A stretch of 64,000 nt of DNA from Candidatus Omnitrophota bacterium (GTDB lineage Bacteria; Omnitrophota; Gorgyraeia; 1-14-0-20-64-10): positions 3,538 through 67,537 of the forward strand of contig JAMWCF010000001.1 in the NCBI GenBank assembly GCA_023818695.1, given 5' to 3'. The notes beneath the pieces were generated by a model that made no database searches, was not told the DNA's origin, and saw only the letters and a list, made by a program, of their open reading frames with translations. The translations under genes were made by a program, and so were the position numbers. Positions within the stretch are counted from its first letter, which is position 1. Every line of letters starts with the position of its first letter. This document shows positions 58,603-64,000 of the stretch, in pieces.

Positions 58603-59543
58603 GGGTGGTTTTGGTGAACGAGGCGGGTGATCTGCAGGGCCAAGTCCAGCGCGTCCCGGGCCTCCTGGCCGGAGACTGGCGGCGGCCGCTTGTGTTGGAT
58701 CGCCTCCAGGAAGGCGGCCAGCTCCGCTTTCAGCGGTTCTTCCGGGGCGATCCGGAGCCGTTCGTGGGTGATGCGCCCTATCCGGCCCTTTTTTGTGCCG
58801 GGCAGATGCCGGAAGATCTCCACCCGCTGCTTCAAAAGATCCATGGAAACGTAGGTGTCGGCTTGGAAGATGCGGAACTTTCGCATCGCCTTGTTGGAGA
58901 TCCGGCTGGCGGTGAGGTTGGCCACGGCGCCGTTCTGGAAGGCGATTCTGGCGTTGGCGATATCTTCGGAGGAAGTCAGGACCCGCACCCCGACGGCATC
59001 CACCCGTTTCACGGGACTTTTGACCAGCCCCAGCAGGATATCGATGTCGTGGATCATCAGGTCCAGGACGACCCCAACCTCCGTGCCACGGGGCTGGAAA
59101 GCGGCCAGTCGATGAGTCTCGATGAAGCGGGGATTGCTCAAGGAATCCCGGACCCGCCGAAAGGCGGCGTTGAACCGCTCCACATGCCCGACCTGCAGGA
59201 TGGCCCCTGTTTTTGCGGAGATCCCCAGGAGCTGATCCGCCTGTTCGACGGTGTTGGTGATCGGTTTCTCCACCAGGGTGTGGATTCCCTTGGCGAGGAA
59301 GGCCTGTGCGATACGGAAGTGCTCCTGGGTCGGAACGGCGACGGAGACGGCGTCGACCTGGCCGATCAGTTCCTGGAAGTCCTTTACCGCCTTGCAATGG
59401 TATTGGCGGGCGAGGGTCTTCGCCTGTTCCGGGCGCAGGTCGCAGACCGCAACCAATTGTGCTGATTCAAGTTGTGAGTATATTCTGGCATGGATCGAGC
59501 CCAGATGCCCGACGCCGACTACGGCAACTTTGATAGGTTCCAT
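58599..59543 (-). CDS. Gfo/Idh/MocA-family NAD(P)-dependent oxidoreductase, translationally coupled to lpxB
   Basis: Rossmann motif VAVVGVGHLGSIHA; EKP motif LVEKPIT; 4-nt overlap with the lpxB start. Confidence 0.8.
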   Translation of the reverse strand: MEPIKVAVVGVGHLGSIHARIYSQLESAQLVAVCDLRPEQAKTLARQYHCKAVKDFQELIGQVDAVSVAVPTQEHFRIAQAFLAKGIHTLVEKPITNTVEQADQLLGISAKTGAILQVGHVERFNAAFRRVRDSLSNPRFIETHRLAAFQPRGTEVGVVLDLMIHDIDILLGLVKSPVKRVDAVGVRVLTSSEDIANARIAFQNGAVANLTASRISNKAMRKFRIFQADTYVSMDLLKQRVEIFRHLPGTKKGRIGRITHERLRIAPEEPLKAELAAFLEAIQHKRPPPVSGQEARDALDLALQITRLVHQNHP

Positions 59544-59599
59544 CGTCCTAAGTCCTTGATTGTGATGGGGTAGTATAGCATGGTAGAATCGTTGTTTCG

Positions 59600-61387
59600 A
59601 TGAAGAATTACCTCAAGCTCTTGCCGTTCCTGAAGCCCCATTCCGGGCTGATTGCCGCCGCCTTCGTTTTCATGCTGGCAACCAGTCTCTTCGAAGGGGT
59701 CTCTCTGGGGATGATCGTGCCGCTGATCGACATGGTTTTGCTCAACAAGTCGGTTGACCTGCCGGAGTGGGCCCCCTCCTTTCTGACCTCCGGCGTCGCA
59801 TTTCTGGATGGGATGAACCCTTTGAGCAAGCTCAACGCGATCGTCGGCGTTTCCATCGTCCTTTTCGTGCTGAAGAACCTGTGCATCTTCTTTCAGAAGT
59901 ATCTGATGAACGACGTGGCGATGAAGTTCCTGCGGGACACCCGCAACGCCCTTTACCGACACTATGAAACACTCTCCCTCGATTTCTTCGGCGGAGAGAA
60001 GACGGGCGACATGGTCTCCCGCATGACCAGCGACGTCTCGGTCCTCCACAACACGCTCGTCGAGGGGATCACGGACCTGGTTTACAACTCCACCCGGGCC
60101 CTCGTGTTCATGCTGATGGCGGTCCTGATCGACGTCCGGTTGGCGCTGGTGGTCCTGCTGCTTTTGCCGGCGATCGGCTACCCGGTTGTCCGGATCGGCA
60201 AGGCTCTGCGCAAGCTCGGTGTGCTGGCCCAGCAGAGGATGGCCGATATCAACAGCCATCTGATAGAGACCTTCCAGGGAATCCGGATCATCAAGGCGTT
60301 CACCGCCGAGGAGACGGCAGCCGCCCGTTTCGGGAAGGTCAACCAGGAGTATTACAAGGCCAACATCAAGACGGTGAAGAGACGGGAGGCGTTGGGGGCG
60401 ATCACGGAGATCATCGGCGTCGCCGCGGGACTTTTTGTGCTGGAAGTCGGAGGGCGAGCGGTTTTGAGCGGCCAGCTGTCGCCCGGCGTCTTCGTGCTGT
60501 TCATCGGCTCTCTGATGTCCCTGCTGCCGCCGGTCAAGAAATTAAGCCGCCTGCATTCCATCCACCAGCACGCGGTGGTCGCGGCCAAACGGATCGTCTC
60601 CATTCTTGATGTAAAATCGACGGTCGCCGAATCTCCCGCGGCCGTCGATCTGCCCCGTTTTCAAAAAGAGATCCGGTTTGAGGACGTTTGGTTCAAATAC
60701 CAGGACCAGTACATCCTGCAGGGGATCAACCTGTCCATCCCCGCAGGACGGGTTCTGGGGATCGTCGGCTCCAGCGGGGCCGGGAAGACAACCCTCCTGA
60801 ACCTGATTCCCCGGTTTTACGATCCGGTCAAGGGGCGGATCCTGATCGATGGGCAGGATATCAGGCAGGCGACCCTGCGCTCGCTCCGTTCGCAGATCGG
60901 GCTGGTGACGCAGGACCCGTTCCTTTTCAACGACACGGTCAGGGCGAACATCTCTTTCGGGTTTCCGGCGGCCGATGAGCAGGCGATCGTCGCGGCGGCC
61001 AAAGCCGCCAACGCCGACTCCTTCATCCGGAATCTGCCCAACGGATATGACACGGTTGTGGGGGACCTGGGAAACCGCCTATCGGGCGGGGAGCGCCAGC
61101 GGATCGCCATCGCCAGGGCCATTTTGAAGGATCCGCCGATTCTGATCCTGGATGAAGCCACCTCCCAGCTGGATTCCGAGTCAGAATTGCTGGTGCAGGA
61201 GGCGCTGGACCGGCTGATGAAGGGCCGGACGGTTTTCGTGATCTCCCACCGGTTTTCGGCCATCCGCGGGGCCGATCAGATCATCGTTCTGGAAGGGGGC
61301 AGGGTGGTGGAGAGCGGCCGACACGAGGATCTCCTGAAGGATTCCGCTATCTATAAGCGGCTGTATGAATTGCAGGTTGCGCAGTAA
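59600..61387 (+). CDS. msbA: ABC transporter ATP-binding/permease, MsbA-like lipid A flippase
   Basis: Six-TM domain plus NBD with Walker A GSSGAGKTT, signature LSGGERQRIAIARA, Walker B ILILDEATS. Confidence 0.85.
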   Translation: MKNYLKLLPFLKPHSGLIAAAFVFMLATSLFEGVSLGMIVPLIDMVLLNKSVDLPEWAPSFLTSGVAFLDGMNPLSKLNAIVGVSIVLFVLKNLCIFFQKYLMNDVAMKFLRDTRNALYRHYETLSLDFFGGEKTGDMVSRMTSDVSVLHNTLVEGITDLVYNSTRALVFMLMAVLIDVRLALVVLLLLPAIGYPVVRIGKALRKLGVLAQQRMADINSHLIETFQGIRIIKAFTAEETAAARFGKVNQEYYKANIKTVKRREALGAITEIIGVAAGLFVLEVGGRAVLSGQLSPGVFVLFIGSLMSLLPPVKKLSRLHSIHQHAVVAAKRIVSILDVKSTVAESPAAVDLPRFQKEIRFEDVWFKYQDQYILQGINLSIPAGRVLGIVGSSGAGKTTLLNLIPRFYDPVKGRILIDGQDIRQATLRSLRSQIGLVTQDPFLFNDTVRANISFGFPAADEQAIVAAAKAANADSFIRNLPNGYDTVVGDLGNRLSGGERQRIAIARAILKDPPILILDEATSQLDSESELLVQEALDRLMKGRTVFVISHRFSAIRGADQIIVLEGGRVVESGRHEDLLKDSAIYKRLYELQVAQ

Positions 61388-61406
61388 ATTTTTTCTGGTA
61401 AAATAA

Positions 61407-62387
61407 TTGTTTACTATGGTGGAGCCACTGATGAAAGAGTTGATTGAAGCAGGCGTCCATTTCGGACACCAAACGAGCCGCTGGAATCCCAAGATGAAGC
61501 GATTCATCTTCGGCGAGAAGAGCGGCGTTTATATCGTCGACTTGGAAAAGACCGTCAAGGGCCTCACGGAGGCGAGGGAGTTTTTGCGCTCCGTGGCCCA
61601 GCAGGGCGGCTCGATCCTTTTCGTTGGCACCAAGCGGCAGGCGCAGGCCATCGTGGCGGAGGAGGCGGTCCGCTGCGGCCAGTTCTACGTGAACCTGCGA
61701 TGGCTGGGCGGGCTGTTGACCAATTTCCAGACGATCCAGAAATCGATCCAGCGTTTAAAGCTTATTCGGGAGGGGCGTAAATCAGGTGCCTTGGAGCAGA
61801 TGACCAAAAAGGAAGCCGCTCGGCAGATGACGGAACTCGCCAAGCTGGAAAAAACCCTTTCAGGCATTCTGGAGATGAACCAGCTGCCGAAAGCGATTTA
61901 CGTCATTGACGCTAAGAGGGAAGAGACGGCCGTGAAGGAGGCGGTCCGGCTCGGCATCCCGGTGGTCGGGCTGGTGGACACCAACAGCGATCCGGACCCG
62001 ATCGAGTATGTGATCCCCGGCAACGACGATTCGATCCGTTCCATCCGCTTGATCACCTCCCGGCTGGCCGATGCTATCCAGGAAGGCCGCCAGATCTATC
62101 TGGCCAATCAAGCGGAAGAACAGGCCAGGCGGGCGAAGGAGGAGGCGGAGAAAGTTGCTTTGGAAGAGAAGGAGGCGGCCGCCGCCTTGCAGCGCCAGCA
62201 GGCAACCGCGGGTGATCCCGCCGCCGAGGGAGCTGTTCCCGTTTCGTTGGTGGATGAAGTGGAACAGATCATGCCGAAAGAGGCCATCAAGGTGGAAGAG
62301 GAAGGGATCACCAAGAGGCGCAAGGTTGTGAAGGCCAAAGAGGAAACGAAGGGGGAAGCAGCCAAGGAGGCCGGGGAAGAGCCATGA
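61407..62387 (+). CDS. rpsB: 30S ribosomal protein S2 with ~80-aa K/E/A-rich C-terminal extension
   Basis: [27 protein letters not shown]2 signature; 326 aa against the usual ~250. Confidence 0.9.
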   Translation: MFTMVEPLMKELIEAGVHFGHQTSRWNPKMKRFIFGEKSGVYIVDLEKTVKGLTEAREFLRSVAQQGGSILFVGTKRQAQAIVAEEAVRCGQFYVNLRWLGGLLTNFQTIQKSIQRLKLIREGRKSGALEQMTKKEAARQMTELAKLEKTLSGILEMNQLPKAIYVIDAKREETAVKEAVRLGIPVVGLVDTNSDPDPIEYVIPGNDDSIRSIRLITSRLADAIQEGRQIYLANQAEEQARRAKEEAEKVALEEKEAAAALQRQQATAGDPAAEGAVPVSLVDEVEQIMPKEAIKVEEEGITKRRKVVKAKEETKGEAAKEAGEEP

Positions 62388-62962
62388 CGGCCGTGAGCGC
62401 CGATCAGATCAAGACGCTGCGGGAGCAGACAGGGGCCGGCTACATGGAGTGCAAGAAGGCCCTGACCGAAGCCAAGGGGAGCATGGAAGGAGCTGTTCGG
62501 ATCCTCCGCGCCAAGGGGGCGGCGATCGCCACGGAAAAAGCGGGTCGGGAAGCGCGCCAGGGGGTGATCGGCAGCTACGTCCACGCCGGCCGGATCGGCG
62601 TTCTGGTGGAGGTTAACTGCGAGACCGATTTCGTGGCCCGGAACGACCAATTCAAGCGGTTTGTCAACGAGATCTGCCTGCAGGTGGCCTCCATGAACCC
62701 GGCGTATGTCAGCCGGGAGGAGGTGCCCGCGGAGGAGTTGACGGCCGCCGGCCTCAACGGCGAAGAGGCCAGGAAGGCCTACGCGGAGAAGTTTTACAAA
62801 GAGCAGGTCCTCTTGGACCAGCCCTATGTGCGGGACCCCAGCAAGACCGTTCAGGGGCTTTTGCACGAGACCGTCAACAGCATTCGGGAAAACATTGTGA
62901 TACGCCGGTTTGTCCGTATCGTTTTAGGAGAGTCACTGGATTCAAAGCGTCATCCCAGCTGA
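62384..62962 (+). CDS. tsf: Elongation factor Ts (short form)
   Basis: [25 protein letters not shown]-like N-terminus; ATGA overlap with rpsB. Confidence 0.88.
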   Translation: MTAVSADQIKTLREQTGAGYMECKKALTEAKGSMEGAVRILRAKGAAIATEKAGREARQGVIGSYVHAGRIGVLVEVNCETDFVARNDQFKRFVNEICLQVASMNPAYVSREEVPAEELTAAGLNGEEARKAYAEKFYKEQVLLDQPYVRDPSKTVQGLLHETVNSIRENIVIRRFVRIVLGESLDSKRHPS

Positions 62963-62966
62963 AAAG

Positions 62967-63701
62967 ATGGCTAAAACAGCCCATCGCCCCGTCTACAAGC
63001 GCATCGTCCTGAAGCTAAGCGGGGAAGCCCTTCAATCCTCCGGAAATGACCAGAGCATCGATTCACAGCTGACCCACCGGATTGCCGCCCAGATCAAAGA
63101 AATCCAAAAATTAGGAATTCAGATCGGCGTGGTGATCGGGGGGGGCAACATCATCCGGGGGACCGGCGTCACCGCGAGGACGCAGGGGATCGACCGGACG
63201 ACGGCCGACTACATGGGGATGCTGGCGACGGTCATCAACTCACTGGCTTTACAGGACGCTCTGGAGAAACAGGGGTGCTTTACCCGCGTGCAGACGGCCA
63301 TTCACATGGAGGAGCTTGCGGAGCCGTACATCCGCCGCCGCGCCATCCGCCATCTGGAAAAGGGCAGGGTCGTCATCTTCGCGGGCGGGACCGGCAACCC
63401 TTATTTCTCGACGGATACGGCGGCCGCTCTGCGGGCGATCGAAATCGACGCGGAGGCGGTCTTAAAAGCGACCAAGGTTGACGGTGTCTATTCAGCCGAT
63501 CCGAACCGCGATAAGAAAGCGGTCAAGTTCAAGAGCTTGAAGTACATCGATGTCCTCAACAAGGGACTGCAGGTGATGGATGCGACGGCGGTCAGTCTGT
63601 GCATGGATCACCGGCTGCCGATCATCGTGTTTAACCTGACTCGTCCGGACAACATCAAAAGGGTTGTCATGGGAGAGTCCATAGGGACGGTGGTGAAATA
63701 A
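62967..63701 (+). CDS. pyrH: UMP kinase
   Basis: [12 protein letters not shown]...[11 protein letters not shown] amino-acid-kinase family signature. Confidence 0.92.
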   Translation: MAKTAHRPVYKRIVLKLSGEALQSSGNDQSIDSQLTHRIAAQIKEIQKLGIQIGVVIGGGNIIRGTGVTARTQGIDRTTADYMGMLATVINSLALQDALEKQGCFTRVQTAIHMEELAEPYIRRRAIRHLEKGRVVIFAGGTGNPYFSTDTAAALRAIEIDAEAVLKATKVDGVYSADPNRDKKAVKFKSLKYIDVLNKGLQVMDATAVSLCMDHRLPIIVFNLTRPDNIKRVVMGESIGTVVK

Positions 63702-63703
63702 AA

Positions 63704-64000
63704 TGCCAGAATCCAAACCAGCTGTAACGAATATCCAGTCTGTTTTGCGTGATTCGGAAGCCAAGATGCAGAAGGCCATCGAGGCCGTCACGAAGGAGTT
63801 TGCCTCCATCCGGACCGGCCGCGCGGCGCCGTCTCTCGTGGAGGGGATTCGCGTGGAGTATTACGGGGCTCCCACGCCGCTGAAACAGTTGGCCGCGATC
63901 AACACGCCGGACCCCAAGCTCCTGACGATCCAGCCGTGGGATCTCAACGCCTTGCCCGAAATAGAGAAAGCCCTCATGAAATCGGATCTGGGGCTTTCCC
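63704..64000 (+). CDS. frr: Ribosome recycling factor (3'-truncated by the window end)
   Basis: Translation MPESKPAVTNIQSVLRDSEAKMQKAIEAVTKEFASIRTGRAAPSLVEGIRVEYYG... matches Frr; conserved rpsB-tsf-pyrH-frr order. Confidence 0.9.

Noticed and set aside
57430-59397. 655-aa minus-strand ORF suggesting a giant LpxB
   Set aside because: Only the C-terminal 390 codons match LpxB; the upstream 265 codons are an in-frame read-through across the real Gfo/Idh/MocA gene, which is in another frame. True lpxB start is the ATG at 58602.
57820-59465. Plus-strand ORFs (254 aa and 289 aa) opposite lpxB and the Gfo/Idh/MocA gene
   Set aside because: Antisense to genes with clear family signatures; no independent support.

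Overview
This is a high-GC (~60-65%) bacterial chromosomal window with dense housekeeping genes, almost all on the + strand. In order it contains: a Pho-box-controlled outer-membrane porin plus the pstSCAB-phoU phosphate uptake operon; a small envelope cluster (YddW-like hydrolase, mini TamB-like protein, membrane protein); a purine operon (purB, a fused purS-purL, purQ, purF, purM, purD, purE); tsaC, a low-molecular-weight protein phosphatase, rpiB, glyA, nrdR; convergent maf and a PpiD/SurA-like chaperone; a stand-alone hisG with a textbook sigma-70-type promoter followed by an unannotated bS22-like micro-ORF; a TPR-lipoprotein / atypical FtsH-like protease / lipoprotein operon; ispE, spoVG (with a zinc-ribbon insertion), tRNA-Gln, clpX, glmU, prs, rplY(ctc), pth, rpsF-ssb-rpsR-rplI-dnaB; an outer-membrane biogenesis block (bamA, skp, lpxD, fused lpxC-fabZ, lpxI); nadE translationally coupled to an orphan atypical OmpR-type response regulator; a nitrogen-assimilation cluster (porin, amt, glnK, a GSI-beta glnA and a GSI-alpha glnA); a 986-aa secreted ORFan; convergent lpxB and a Gfo/Idh/MocA oxidoreductase; and msbA, rpsB, tsf, pyrH and a partial frr. 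There are no CRISPR arrays, transposases or phage genes. Gene order is strongly Firmicutes-like (ispE-spoVG-glmU-prs-ctc-pth; rpsF-ssb-rpsR-rplI-dnaB; tsaC-PTP-rpiB-glyA) although the organism clearly has an outer membrane (BamA, Skp, LpxB/C/D/I, MsbA, porins). The most interesting unexplained items are: (i) phased 11-bp direct-repeat arrays sharing GGATTTAACAT upstream of both the porin-amt-glnK operon and glnA, next to an orphan OmpR-family regulator with a degenerate receiver domain (a candidate GlnR-like nitrogen regulon); (ii) the TPR-lipoprotein/FtsH-like/lipoprotein operon; (iii) the 986-aa secreted ORFan wedged between glnA and lpxB; (iv) SpoVG with an inserted zinc ribbon; and (v) the bS22-like micro-ORF. 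Many long reverse-strand ORFs in the track are high-GC antisense artefacts.
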